IMG/VR virus record: IMGVR_UViG_3300027906_000015
Span: 1-59,181 of that record
Reading direction: 5' to 3' (one strand)
DNA from: a virus
Lineage: Duplodnaviria; Caudoviricetes
Length of the DNA stretch: 59,181 nucleotides
Shown one piece after another: positions 10,961 to 21,079 of this stretch. The notes beneath the pieces were generated by a model. It ran no database searches, had not been told where the DNA came from, and was given only the letters and a program-made list of their open reading frames with translations. Numbering within the stretch: position 1 is the stretch's first letter; each line of letters begins with the position of its first letter. The position numbers and the translations under genes are program-made.

Positions 10961-11890
10961 ATGGCTAGGAACGTATACTTCAGCCAAGCCGTTAAGTCCG
11001 AACAAAATCTTTACGAAGACTTAATCATAGAATCTTTAAAGATTTATGGACAAGACGCTTATTATCTACCTAGGACTATAATTACTAGAGATGATGTACT
11101 TGGGGAAGCTACTGGATCTAAATTTGATGATGCGTATATTATTGAAACCTATATTGAAGATATAGAAGGATTCGCAGGTTCAGGAGATTTATATTCTAAG
11201 TTTGGTCTAGAAATTAGAGACGAAGCAACATTCGTAATTTCTAAAAGACAATGGAACAAACTTATTGGTGTTTGGAATAACAGTGTTGATTATCCTATTC
11301 CTAATGAAGGAGATATTATATTCCTTCCAATGTCAAATAAATTCTTTGAGATTATGTTCGTTGAACATGAACAACCATTTTATCAATTATCTAACTTACC
11401 AGTATATAAATTACAATGTAGCTTATATGAATATAATGAAGAAGATTTCGAAACTGGTGTTGATGCAATTGATCTTACACAACAAAAATTATCTTATCAA
11501 CAAACAATAGATTATAGTACATCAAGCAATGCACATTATAGTATTGGAGAAATAGTTTCACAGGTAGTTTCAAGTGGTATTACAGTAACTGCTGAGGTTC
11601 AAACTGTTGATAAAACTTCAACTACTGCAGGATCAATTACAGTATCTAACATCGGGGTTACGGGAACAACCACAGCAACAGACTTTATTGTTTCAAGTAC
11701 TATACCATTAACAGGGAATACATCATCAACATCATGTAATATTATCAAGATATATGATATAGGTGATAATTCAGAAAATGTAATGCCATCGGATGGTGGA
11801 GCTGAGAACGTAGCATTTGAAGTAAGTGCAGATGGATTCTTAGATTTCAGCGAAGCAAATCCGTTTGGCGACCCATCGGATAACTACTAA
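10961..11890 (+). CDS. gp14: Neck protein gp14
   Basis: EQNLYEDLIIESLKIYG, SKFGLEIRD, FYQL and NPFG motifs. Confidence 0.9.
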   Translation: MARNVYFSQAVKSEQNLYEDLIIESLKIYGQDAYYLPRTIITRDDVLGEATGSKFDDAYIIETYIEDIEGFAGSGDLYSKFGLEIRDEATFVISKRQWNKLIGVWNNSVDYPIPNEGDIIFLPMSNKFFEIMFVEHEQPFYQLSNLPVYKLQCSLYEYNEEDFETGVDAIDLTQQKLSYQQTIDYSTSSNAHYSIGEIVSQVVSSGITVTAEVQTVDKTSTTAGSITVSNIGVTGTTTATDFIVSSTIPLTGNTSSTSCNIIKIYDIGDNSENVMPSDGGAENVAFEVSADGFLDFSEANPFGDPSDNY

Positions 11891-12858
11891 TGTTTGGATC
11901 ACACTTTTATCACGCAACAATGAGAAAATCCGTAGCGGTTTTCGGTACTATGTTTAACAATATATCAGTTGTTAGATTAAATGGTTCTGGTGGTATATTA
12001 AATCAAATTAAAGTTCCATTAGCTTATGGACCAAAAGAAAAATTCTTATCTAGGATAGACCAAGATACCCAAAGCGATGCAAGTATGGCAATTAAATTGC
12101 CTCGTATGTCCTTTGAAATAACATCACTATCTGTTGATACTAATAAAAAAGAAAATAAAAAGAATAAAATACATTATCAACATTCAACAGATGATAGTAA
12201 AAGACAGGTTATTCAAGCTCAAGTACCGTACAATATAGGTATGTCATTAAGTATAATGACCAAAAACCAAGATGATGGATTACAAATATTAGAACAAATA
12301 GTTCCATTCTTTCAACCCGATTATACAGTAACAATAAAACCTATTGATGGTTGGACTAATTTTAAACAAGATGTTCCTATCATTTTAAATGATGTAAATA
12401 TTGAAGATAGTTATGATGGTGATTATGTTACTAGAAGAGTATTAACTTATAATCTAAACTTTACTATGAAAATGACATTCTATTCTGGAACAACAGAAAT
12501 GAAAACTATTAAGAATATTGATATTGATTGGTTAAATAAAGCAGATAATATGTTCTTAGAAGGACAAAATTTTGAAGTTAATCCTTCAACAGCTGATAAA
12601 GAAGATAATTGGACAGTAACTTCTACAATGGATTATTTAAATGTACCTAGTACAATGACCTTAACATTATCAAGTGTTAGTGGTACATTCCAAGTTGCTG
12701 AAACAGTAACAGGTGGAACATCTGGTACTACAGCAAAAATTACTAATATATCTGGAACTACAGTTACTGTTTCAGATCCTACTGGATATTTCCAACAAAG
12801 TGAAACTATAACTGGAGGAACAAGTACAGCTACTGCCACATTAAATCAAGCTGTATAA
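11890..12858 (+). CDS. gp15: Tail sheath stabiliser / tail terminator gp15
   Basis: FYHATMRK...VPLAYGPKEKF...LPRMSFE...QILEQIVPFFQP. Confidence 0.9.
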   Translation: MFGSHFYHATMRKSVAVFGTMFNNISVVRLNGSGGILNQIKVPLAYGPKEKFLSRIDQDTQSDASMAIKLPRMSFEITSLSVDTNKKENKKNKIHYQHSTDDSKRQVIQAQVPYNIGMSLSIMTKNQDDGLQILEQIVPFFQPDYTVTIKPIDGWTNFKQDVPIILNDVNIEDSYDGDYVTRRVLTYNLNFTMKMTFYSGTTEMKTIKNIDIDWLNKADNMFLEGQNFEVNPSTADKEDNWTVTSTMDYLNVPSTMTLTLSSVSGTFQVAETVTGGTSGTTAKITNISGTTVTVSDPTGYFQQSETITGGTSTATATLNQAV

Positions 12859-12861
12859 ATA
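12854..12861 (+). promoter_or_regulatory. T4-type late promoter
   Basis: TATAAATA upstream of gp16. Confidence 0.8.
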
Positions 12862-12868
12862 GTATATA

Positions 12869-13276
12869 ATGATTAATAAGAAAGATGCAATTGCTGAAAG
12901 ATTAGAAAAGAATCTTCCAGGAACAAAAAGATCTGATTATATTGATAAGAAAGATATAAAAGATGATTATGAATTTTCCCGTGATACTTACAAAGAATTA
13001 ATCGCAGTAGGTACACAATCCATGGATTCATTAGCCGAGCTCGCACGCGAGAGCGAGCACCCACGCGCATTCGAAGTATTATCTAATCACTTAAAATCCA
13101 TAGGTGATATCACAGATAAACTTATGAAACTACAAAAGAACAAAAAAGAATTAACACAGGATGATGTGAGAAAAGAAATAACTAATAACAATGTATTTGT
13201 TGGTAGTACAACAGAACTACAAAGAATGTTATTAGATACTAAAGATGATGTAATAGATGTCAAACCAGAGGATTAA
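12869..13276 (+). CDS. gp16: Terminase small subunit gp16
   Basis: DDYEFSR...SEHPRAFEV...NNNVFVGSTTELQ. Confidence 0.9.
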   Translation: MINKKDAIAERLEKNLPGTKRSDYIDKKDIKDDYEFSRDTYKELIAVGTQSMDSLAELARESEHPRAFEVLSNHLKSIGDITDKLMKLQKNKKELTQDDVRKEITNNNVFVGSTTELQRMLLDTKDDVIDVKPED

Positions 13277-14873
13277 GAATACTGAATTTGGTTACTTAGG
13301 CAATCCATCAGTTAAAAGAGATGGTGTTGTTAGTGATTTTACCAAAGAAGAAGTTATAGAATATCAAAAATGTATGAAGGATCCTTCGTACTTTGCTCGT
13401 ACCTATGTAAAAATTATATCTCTAGACGAGGGATTAGTTCCATTTAATTTATATGATTACCAAGAAAAAATGTTTAATCATTTTGGTGATAATAGATTTA
13501 GTATTGTATTAGCATGTAGACAAAGTGGTAAATCTATATCATCAGTGGTATATCTATTGTGGTATGCTTGTTTCCACCCAGAAAAAACTATAGCTATACT
13601 CGCGAACAAGGGCGCGGTCGCACGTGAGATGCTCGCGCGTATCACGCTCGCGCTTGAGAACTTACCATTCTTTTTACAACCTGGATGTAAAGCTTTAAAT
13701 AAAGGATCTTTAGAATTCAGTAATAATAGTAAGATAATAGCAGCTGCAACATCTGGTTCATCTATTCGTGGTTTATCAATTAATTTATTATTCCTAGATG
13801 AGTTTGCATTTGTAGAAAATGATGCTCAATTCTATACATCAACATATCCAGTAGTATCAGCAGGTAAAGATACACAAATAATAGTTACATCTACTGCAAA
13901 CGGTGTTGGTAATGTTTATCATAAACTGTGGGAAGGTGCTACAAATGGAACTAATGAATTTAAACCATTTAGAGTAGATTGGTGGGATGTACCAGGAAGA
14001 GATGATAAGTGGAAACAAGAAACAATTGCTAATACATCTGAATTACAATTCGAACAAGAATTTGGTAATACATTTCATGGTAAAGGTAATACATTAATAT
14101 CAGCTAATCATTTATTAGCACAAAAAGCTGTAGATCCTATTCAATATCAAGAAAATATATGGTTATATAAAGAACCTATAGAAGGACATGATTATATAAT
14201 AACAGTTGATGTAGCCAAGGGTAGAGGACAAGATTATAGTACATTTACTGTAATAGATGTAAGTACTAATCCATTCGATCAAGTAGTAGTATTCAGAGAT
14301 AATAATATATCACCTATGCTATTACCTGATATAATATACAAATACGCTAAAACATATAATGAAGCTTATATCATTGTAGAGTCGAATGATGCTGGTATTG
14401 TTGTATGTAATGGGTTATATTATGATTTAGAATATGAAAATATGTTTGTAGAATCCGCTATTAAAGCTAATGCTATTGGTGTTATGATGACCAGAAGGGT
14501 AAAAAGAATAGGATGTTCTACAATAAAAGATCTAATAGAACAAAAAAAATTAATGATATATGATGCAAATACCATAATAGAAATGGCTACATTTGTTGCA
14601 GTGGGTAAATCATATATGGCTAAAGCACCAAATCACGATGATTTAATGATGAATTTAGTCTTATTTGCATGGTTTACTACAACAGATATATTCCAATCTA
14701 TATCAGATATTGATATGAAAAATATGTTATATAATGAACAATTAAAAGCAATACAGGATGATATGTTACCATTTGGTCTTGTAAATGATGGACAAAGTAC
14801 AGATAAAGGCGAAGGAGATGGGGAAGGTAATGTGTGGTTTGAAGAAGATACCAAAACCACAGGATTATTTTAA
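13257..14873 (+). CDS. gp17: Terminase large subunit gp17
   Basis: Walker A RQSGKS, LLFLDEFAF, TSTANG, nuclease DVAKGRGQDYS and HDD motifs. Confidence 0.97.
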   Translation: MSNQRIKNTEFGYLGNPSVKRDGVVSDFTKEEVIEYQKCMKDPSYFARTYVKIISLDEGLVPFNLYDYQEKMFNHFGDNRFSIVLACRQSGKSISSVVYLLWYACFHPEKTIAILANKGAVAREMLARITLALENLPFFLQPGCKALNKGSLEFSNNSKIIAAATSGSSIRGLSINLLFLDEFAFVENDAQFYTSTYPVVSAGKDTQIIVTSTANGVGNVYHKLWEGATNGTNEFKPFRVDWWDVPGRDDKWKQETIANTSELQFEQEFGNTFHGKGNTLISANHLLAQKAVDPIQYQENIWLYKEPIEGHDYIITVDVAKGRGQDYSTFTVIDVSTNPFDQVVVFRDNNISPMLLPDIIYKYAKTYNEAYIIVESNDAGIVVCNGLYYDLEYENMFVESAIKANAIGVMMTRRVKRIGCSTIKDLIEQKKLMIYDANTIIEMATFVAVGKSYMAKAPNHDDLMMNLVLFAWFTTTDIFQSISDIDMKNMLYNEQLKAIQDDMLPFGLVNDGQSTDKGEGDGEGNVWFEEDTKTTGLF

Positions 14874-14874
14874 T

Positions 14875-14882
14875 TATAAATA
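14875..14882 (+). promoter_or_regulatory. T4-type late promoter
   Basis: TATAAATA upstream of gp18. Confidence 0.8.
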
Positions 14883-14946
14883 AGTATGAGTGAAAATAAC
14901 CATATTATGTTAACTTATAAACAAACCTTATTGAGAGGATAAAGCG

Positions 14947-16659
14947 ATGGCATTTCAAGTATCACCCGGAGTACAAGTCAAGGAAATTGACGCTACTTCC
15001 GTAGTACCTGCCGTTTCCACTAGCATTGGTGGAACCGCTGGGTCATTCAATTGGGGTCCAGTTCTAGAAGCAAAATTAATTAGTTCCGAACAAGAATTAA
15101 TTGATACGTTTGGAGAACCAGATGATAACACGTTTAAATATGTCTTAACAGCAGCATCATTTTTGAAATATGGTAACGCTCTAAGAGTTGTACGTGCAGA
15201 TTCTGGTCACTTAAACGCTACTGCAGATGGTAACGGACTCAAAATTAAAAATGATGCCCATTACGTTGATTCAAGCTATAATACTGGTGCAGGTTCTGTT
15301 GGACACTGGGCGGCTAAACACCCAGGAGCCAAAGGAAATAGTCTAAAAGTTTGTATCGTTACTGAAGGTGTTAATAGTTGGTCAAGTATTACATACGCGA
15401 CTGGCAAAAAATACTCTGAAGTTTTTGATGCAGCTCCTGGTACTAGTGAGTATGCTTCTAATTTAGGTAAAGGGTCTATAGGGGATGAGCTTCACGTTCT
15501 AGTTCTAGATGAAGATGGTTTATTCAGTGGAACAGCTAATACTGTTCTCGAAACTTTCTCTTTCTGTTCACAAGGATCTGATGCAAAAGCCTCAGACGGA
15601 ACTTCTAATTACTACGTAGATGTAGTTAATAATGGTTCTAAATACGTTAGATGGATGGATCATCCAAGTGCATTATCAAATGCAGGTTCTGCAATATCTG
15701 CAGCATCAAGTATAGCTGGTTCAACAACCGCTATAACTGATAGCTTAGCAGGTGGAACTGATGATAATGCTCCAACAGCAGCTGAAGTTGCAGCAGGATT
15801 CGATTTACTCGAAGATGCTGACACAGTAGATGTTGGATTACTATTTGCATATCCAGACGCTAATGGCGCAGAAACAATCGCAGAAGACTTAATCTCAATC
15901 GCAGCAGCAAGAAAAGACTGCATGGCATTTGTATCACCTCCGATAGCAGATTCGCAAGGATCCGCTGCACCGGACACAGATGTTATGGCATTTGCTAATG
16001 GACTTACATCTAGTTCTTATGCTTCTTGTGATTCAGGTGCAATCTATGTTTATGATAAGTACAATGATACTTATCGTTGGATAGGCGCAGCTGGTCATAT
16101 AGCTGGACTTTGTGCAGGAACAGACAGAGTTGCTGATGCATGGTTCTCACCAGCTGGTGTGAACAGAGGGCAATTATTAGGTGTTACTAAGCTAGCTTGG
16201 AACCCTACACAAGCCCAAAGAGATACGTTATACAAAGGTAGAGTTAATCCTATAGTTTCAATGCCTGGTCAAGGCACAATTCTATATGGAGATAAAACTC
16301 TATTAAGTAGACCTTCTGCATTCGATCGTATTAACGTTCGAAGATTATTCATAACTTTAGAAAAAGCTATATCAACAGCAGCTAAAGCTCAACTATTTGA
16401 ATTCAACGATGAATTCACTAGAGCTCAGTTCAAAAACTTGGTAGAGCCTTTCTTAAGAGATGTGAAAGGTCGTAGAGGACTAACTGATTTCAGAGTAGTC
16501 TGCGATGAAACAAATAATACAAGTCAAGTAATTGATGGTAATAACTTTGTAGCTGACATTTTTGTCAAGCCAAATAGATCTATCAACTATATTACATTGA
16601 ACTTTGTAGCAACAAGAACCGGCGTAGACTTCTCAGAAGTTGCTGGTACATCGAGTTAA
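14947..16659 (+). CDS. gp18: Tail sheath protein gp18
   Basis: SPGVQVKEID, WFSPAG, FDRINVRRLF, FEFNDEFTR. Confidence 0.97.
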   Translation: MAFQVSPGVQVKEIDATSVVPAVSTSIGGTAGSFNWGPVLEAKLISSEQELIDTFGEPDDNTFKYVLTAASFLKYGNALRVVRADSGHLNATADGNGLKIKNDAHYVDSSYNTGAGSVGHWAAKHPGAKGNSLKVCIVTEGVNSWSSITYATGKKYSEVFDAAPGTSEYASNLGKGSIGDELHVLVLDEDGLFSGTANTVLETFSFCSQGSDAKASDGTSNYYVDVVNNGSKYVRWMDHPSALSNAGSAISAASSIAGSTTAITDSLAGGTDDNAPTAAEVAAGFDLLEDADTVDVGLLFAYPDANGAETIAEDLISIAAARKDCMAFVSPPIADSQGSAAPDTDVMAFANGLTSSSYASCDSGAIYVYDKYNDTYRWIGAAGHIAGLCAGTDRVADAWFSPAGVNRGQLLGVTKLAWNPTQAQRDTLYKGRVNPIVSMPGQGTILYGDKTLLSRPSAFDRINVRRLFITLEKAISTAAKAQLFEFNDEFTRAQFKNLVEPFLRDVKGRRGLTDFRVVCDETNNTSQVIDGNNFVADIFVKPNRSINYITLNFVATRTGVDFSEVAGTSS

Positions 16660-16672
16660 GGGGGAGTAAGAC

Positions 16673-17203
16673 ATGGCAATATTAGGCATAGACGATTTTA
16701 AATCAAAGCTTACTGGCGGTGGTGCAAGACCTTCCTTATTTAAAGCGACTGTAAACTTTCCATCTTTCGTAGCTTCAGCAAACGTTGAACTTACTTCATT
16801 CTTATGCAAACAAGCTTCTATCCCAGCTTCAACCGTTAATGGTTTTGAAATTGGTTTCAGAGGAAGAAAAATTAAAATAGCAGGAGATAGAGTTTTTGAA
16901 AACTTATCACTTACTATTATTAATGATGCAGAATTTGATGTAAGAAAAGCTTTTGAAGAATGGATGAACGGCATTAACGAACACGTTAACAACACTGGAT
17001 TAACAGATTTAGGTGACTATTCTGCTGATGTAGTTGTTGAACAACTTAGAAAAGACGGATCTACTTCAAAGAGATACGACTTTAGAGGATGTTGGCCATC
17101 TTCCGTAGCAGCTATTGATCTTAATTACGATACAGTAGACTCTATAGAAGAATTCACAGTAGAACTACAGGTTCAATATTGGGAATCAGACACTACTTCG
17201 TAA
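16673..17203 (+). CDS. gp19: Tail tube protein gp19
   Basis: GGGARPSLF, FRGRKIKIAGDR, IEEFTVEL. Confidence 0.95.
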   Translation: MAILGIDDFKSKLTGGGARPSLFKATVNFPSFVASANVELTSFLCKQASIPASTVNGFEIGFRGRKIKIAGDRVFENLSLTIINDAEFDVRKAFEEWMNGINEHVNNTGLTDLGDYSADVVVEQLRKDGSTSKRYDFRGCWPSSVAAIDLNYDTVDSIEEFTVELQVQYWESDTTS

Positions 17204-17207
17204 GTAG

Positions 17208-17215
17208 TATAAATA
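17208..17215 (+). promoter_or_regulatory. T4-type late promoter
   Basis: TATAAATA upstream of gp20. Confidence 0.75.
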
Positions 17216-17222
17216 TGTTAGA

Positions 17223-17244
17223 AGAGGGGATTAATTTCCCCTCT
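17223..17244 (+). terminator. Stem-loop after gp19 (terminator or RNA-stabilising hairpin)
   Basis: AGAGGGGA-ttaatt-TCCCCTCT; no clear U-tail. Confidence 0.5.
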
Positions 17245-17265
17245 GATAATATGAGGAATTAAAGT

Positions 17266-18750
17266 ATGGCAGAATTTTTTGGATTTGAAATAAACAGGAA
17301 GAGTTCTAATAAAACTCCTAGACCTTCCTTTGTACCTGATACCGAGGCGGATGGCGCTGGTGTCATACAATCTGGTGGGCATTTCGGTGTTTATCTCGAT
17401 CAAGATGGAGACAAGGTAAAAGGTGAAGTAGACCTTATAATGAAATATAGGGATATATCAGCTCAACCTGAATGTGATGCAGCAATTGAAGATATAGTTA
17501 ATGAAACAATTGTAGGAGATCACGATTCATCTCCTGTTGATTTAAGATTAGATGCTTTAGATGTATCTGATCAAATGAAAGAATCGATTAAACATGAATT
17601 TGATCAAATTTTAAAAATGATTAACTTCAATCAATACGCACATGATATATTCAGAAAGTGGTATGTTGATGGAAGATTACCTTATCATGTTATTATAGAC
17701 GAAGGATCACCTAGTAAAGGTATTAAAGAATTAAGATATATTGACCCAGCTAAATTAAGAAAGGTCAAAGAGATTGAAGAAAAAGAAGATCCTAAGACTG
17801 GTGCAAAGATAATCACCAAACAAGAAGAATACTTTATTTTCCAAGATAATAAATTGGAAAAACATAATCAGGGAGTTAAGATTCACCCTGATGCTATTAT
17901 ATACTGTACTTCAGGTCAATTAGATCCTGGAAGAACAAGAATCTTATCATATCTACATAAGGCTATTAAGCCAGTAAACCAATTAAGAATGATGGAAGAT
18001 TCTTTGGTTATCTACAGAATAAGTAGAGCACCAGAAAGAAGAATATTCTATATTGATGTTGGTAACTTACCAAAAGGTAAAGCAGAAGAATACCTTAAAA
18101 ACATTATGAACCAATATAGAAATAAATTGGTATATGATGCTAGTACAGGTGAGATTAAAGATGATAAAAAGCATATGAGTATGCTTGAGGATTTCTTCCT
18201 ACCAAGAAGAGAAGGTGGAAGAGGTACTGAAATATCTACATTACCAGGTGGTGAAAGCTTAGGTCAAATAGATGATATAATATATTTCCAAAAGAAATTA
18301 TATAAAGCTTTAAATGTTCCATTAAATAGATTAGAACAAGAAGCTCAATTTACTTTAGGAAGAAGCACAGAGATATCTAGAGATGAGGTTAAATTTAAGA
18401 AATTCATCGATAGATTAAGAAAAAGATTCTCAGACTTGTTTATGCAAGCATTAAGAACTCAGTTATTACTGAAGAAGATTATAACTAAACAAGATTGGGA
18501 AAGCTGGAAAGAAGAAATAACTTTCGATTTCATTGAAGATAACTACTTCAGTGAATTAAAAGAATCAGAAATGATTAGGGAAAGGTTCGAGATGTTAGCT
18601 ACATTAGATGAATATGTAGGTAAATATGTATCAAATGAGTGGATACGTAAACAAATATTACGTCAAACTGATGATGATATTCAAGAAATTGATAAACAAA
18701 TCGAAGCAGAACAAGAAGAAGATGGTGAAGATCTCGATCTTGACATCTAA
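17266..18750 (+). CDS. gp20: Portal protein gp20
   Basis: WYVDGRL, YRISRAPERRIFYIDVGNLPK, LPRREGGRGTEI. Confidence 0.97.
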   Translation: MAEFFGFEINRKSSNKTPRPSFVPDTEADGAGVIQSGGHFGVYLDQDGDKVKGEVDLIMKYRDISAQPECDAAIEDIVNETIVGDHDSSPVDLRLDALDVSDQMKESIKHEFDQILKMINFNQYAHDIFRKWYVDGRLPYHVIIDEGSPSKGIKELRYIDPAKLRKVKEIEEKEDPKTGAKIITKQEEYFIFQDNKLEKHNQGVKIHPDAIIYCTSGQLDPGRTRILSYLHKAIKPVNQLRMMEDSLVIYRISRAPERRIFYIDVGNLPKGKAEEYLKNIMNQYRNKLVYDASTGEIKDDKKHMSMLEDFFLPRREGGRGTEISTLPGGESLGQIDDIIYFQKKLYKALNVPLNRLEQEAQFTLGRSTEISRDEVKFKKFIDRLRKRFSDLFMQALRTQLLLKKIITKQDWESWKEEITFDFIEDNYFSELKESEMIRERFEMLATLDEYVGKYVSNEWIRKQILRQTDDDIQEIDKQIEAEQEEDGEDLDLDI

Positions 18751-18755
18751 ATTTT

Positions 18756-18763
18756 TATAAATA
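18756..18763 (+). promoter_or_regulatory. T4-type late promoter
   Basis: TATAAATA upstream of the prohead core genes. Confidence 0.75.
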
Positions 18764-18782
18764 AGAGTACGAGGAAAACTTT

Positions 18783-18968
18783 ATGAGTACAAATGAATTG
18801 ATTGATAATATCGCAAATAATGATAACGTAAAAGCAAATAAGAGTTTTGATTCCTTAATGAAATCAAAATTGAATGATGCTTTAGATGCAAAGAAGGTGG
18901 AAATAGCCTCTTCTGTGGGTAAATCAAACGATGAACCTGAAGCAATAGAAGAACCGGTAGAAGCCTAA
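18783..18968 (+). CDS. Prohead core protein (gp67-like)
   Basis: Small protein with acidic tail between gp20 and gp21; synteny. Confidence 0.6.
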   Translation: MSTNELIDNIANNDNVKANKSFDSLMKSKLNDALDAKKVEIASSVGKSNDEPEAIEEPVEA

Positions 18969-19168
18969 TGTTATTCAGAGAGTTTCGAGAAAAGATAAAG
19001 ACTCAGCCAGTAGTAATTAAAAAGCTTGGAGACAATGTAGTCATTTTTAAAGAAAATGATATATACAAAGTTCAAATTGCTAATCAATTATTAGATGAGG
19101 ACTTTACTGATATTCTTGAAGCAGAAGAAGCTGGTATGGATTTTCTTAAATTATTAGAGGATAACTAA
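18968..19168 (+). CDS. Small prohead core protein (gp68 position)
   Basis: Synteny; MLFREFRE N-terminus. Confidence 0.5.
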   Translation: MLFREFREKIKTQPVVIKKLGDNVVIFKENDIYKVQIANQLLDEDFTDILEAEEAGMDFLKLLEDN

Positions 19169-19169
19169 T

Positions 19170-19814
19170 ATGAAGTTAATATCAGAATACGTTGAATCTC
19201 CATTAGAGGTTATCGTAGAAAAGACAAATGGTAAAAAGAACCTTTATATAGAAGGTGTCTTTATGCAGGCCGAAAAGAAAAATAGAAACGGCCGAATATA
19301 TGAAAAAAAGATTTTAGAGAAAGCTGTTAGCAAATATGTTAAAGAACAGGTTTCTCAGGGAAGAGCAGTTGGAGAGTTAAATCATCCAGAAGGACCAACT
19401 GTAAACCTGGATAAAGTTTCACATAAAATTACGAACCTGGAATTCCAGGGAAATAATGTTTATGGAAAAGCATCAATACTTAAAACCCCAATGGGTCAAA
19501 TCGTAGAAGGTTTGCTCGAAGGTGGAGTTAAGCTTGGTGTATCAAGTCGTGGTATGGGAACTCTTGAGAACAGGAGAGATGGCGCGTATGTACGGGATGA
19601 CTTTATGTTAGCCTCCGTAGATATAGTCCAAGATCCCTCTGCACCTTCCGCTTTCGTTAACGGAATTATGGAAGGAGTAGACTGGATATGGGACAACGGC
19701 ATTTTGAAACCTCAAGACATTGAAGAAATTGAGACTGAAATTAAACGTGCTCCAATGAAGGCTTTGCCTGAATTGGAAATAAGGGCGTTTAAAAATTTCC
19801 TCTCTAAATTATAA
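19170..19814 (+). CDS. gp21: Prohead protease gp21
   Basis: NRNGRIY, GELNHP, GVSSRGMG, DIVQDPSAP. Confidence 0.95.
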   Translation: MKLISEYVESPLEVIVEKTNGKKNLYIEGVFMQAEKKNRNGRIYEKKILEKAVSKYVKEQVSQGRAVGELNHPEGPTVNLDKVSHKITNLEFQGNNVYGKASILKTPMGQIVEGLLEGGVKLGVSSRGMGTLENRRDGAYVRDDFMLASVDIVQDPSAPSAFVNGIMEGVDWIWDNGILKPQDIEEIETEIKRAPMKALPELEIRAFKNFLSKL

Positions 19815-19835
19815 ATTACTTTGGGAGACAAAGAT

Positions 19836-21053
19836 ATGTCTAATTTGACTAACACATATAAAAAAATAGTCGAAGGCGTCGAGCCCGAATCAGTAGAAGA
19901 AATTGCTGAGACTTTGGAAGTTGAAGTTCCTGTAGAGGAAGATCAAGTAGAAGAAGTTGTTGAAGCAACTGAAGAAGCTGAGGAAGAGCAAGTACAAGTT
20001 TCCGAAGAGGAAATTCAAGTTGATGAAGCTAAAGTAAAGGAAGATGATGACGAAGATGAAGATGAAGACGACGATGAAGAAGTCGAAGAATCTGCACCTA
20101 AGTTTGAAATGCCTAAAACTAAAGCTGGTATCATAAACGCCGCAGTCGACATGCTTAAAAAAGCACGCAAGCACGAAGCGCAAGAGCTATTCGCCAGGAT
20201 GGTCAAAGAAGTTGAAGAGTCAATCGACGACGGATCAGTAGATAAAGCTATTGGAAAAGTAAAAGCAGAAAAGGATAAGTCTATTAAGGCTAAACCTTCT
20301 GATGCTTCTGCTAAACAAGAAGCTGCTGATTGGTCTGAGGACTTGGATCTTATAGTTGCTAATGAAGCAACATTATCCGATGGATTCCGTGATAAAGCCT
20401 CTGCTATCTTCGAAGCTGCTTACCAAACAAAGGTAGGTGCTGAAATAGATAGACTTGAGTCTGAATATGCGCAAAATCTTGAATCTGAAGTAAAGGAAGT
20501 CCAAGAAGGCATCGTAGAGAAAGTAGATTCATACTTGAACTATGTTGTTGAAAATTGGATGAAAGAAAATGAAGTCGCAGTACAACAAGGTCTTAGGACT
20601 GAAATTGCTGAAGAATTCATGACTTCTTTACAATCAGTGTTCAAAGAACATTATATTGAAGTTCCAGAAGGTAAAGCTGACCTGATCGACGATTTAGCTG
20701 ATCAAGTTTCTGAACTGGAAGAACAGCTCAATAAAACCACTGAAGACAATATACAATTACACGAAAAAGCTCAATCTTTTGAAAGAGCGGAAATCGTGCG
20801 TAAGGCGTCTTCCGGCTTAGCAGATACAGAAGCTGAGAAACTAGCTGAACTAGTTGAAAGTGTAGAATTTGAAGATAGCGAAACTTTTGAAAATAAAGTT
20901 AATGTTATTAAAGATTCTTACTTTAAACAAGAAGTTAGCGAATCAACTGATGAATCTGATGCACTAGTAGGCGAAGATGGGGAAACACCTGTTGAATTAT
21001 CTTCAAATATGAATGCGTACTCTCAAGCCTTAACTAAATTTAATAACAAATAA
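19836..21053 (+). CDS. gp22: Prohead scaffolding protein gp22
   Basis: Acidic coiled coil; KVDSYLNYVVENWMKEN; ATG 19836 follows GGAG. Confidence 0.9.
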   Translation: MSNLTNTYKKIVEGVEPESVEEIAETLEVEVPVEEDQVEEVVEATEEAEEEQVQVSEEEIQVDEAKVKEDDDEDEDEDDDEEVEESAPKFEMPKTKAGIINAAVDMLKKARKHEAQELFARMVKEVEESIDDGSVDKAIGKVKAEKDKSIKAKPSDASAKQEAADWSEDLDLIVANEATLSDGFRDKASAIFEAAYQTKVGAEIDRLESEYAQNLESEVKEVQEGIVEKVDSYLNYVVENWMKENEVAVQQGLRTEIAEEFMTSLQSVFKEHYIEVPEGKADLIDDLADQVSELEEQLNKTTEDNIQLHEKAQSFERAEIVRKASSGLADTEAEKLAELVESVEFEDSETFENKVNVIKDSYFKQEVSESTDESDALVGEDGETPVELSSNMNAYSQALTKFNNK

Positions 21054-21079
21054 TTGCAAACCTTATAGGGGAAAACAAA

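Noticed and set aside
20030-20095. GAA/GAT-rich low-complexity run
   Set aside because: Encodes the ordinary acidic stretch of scaffold protein gp22
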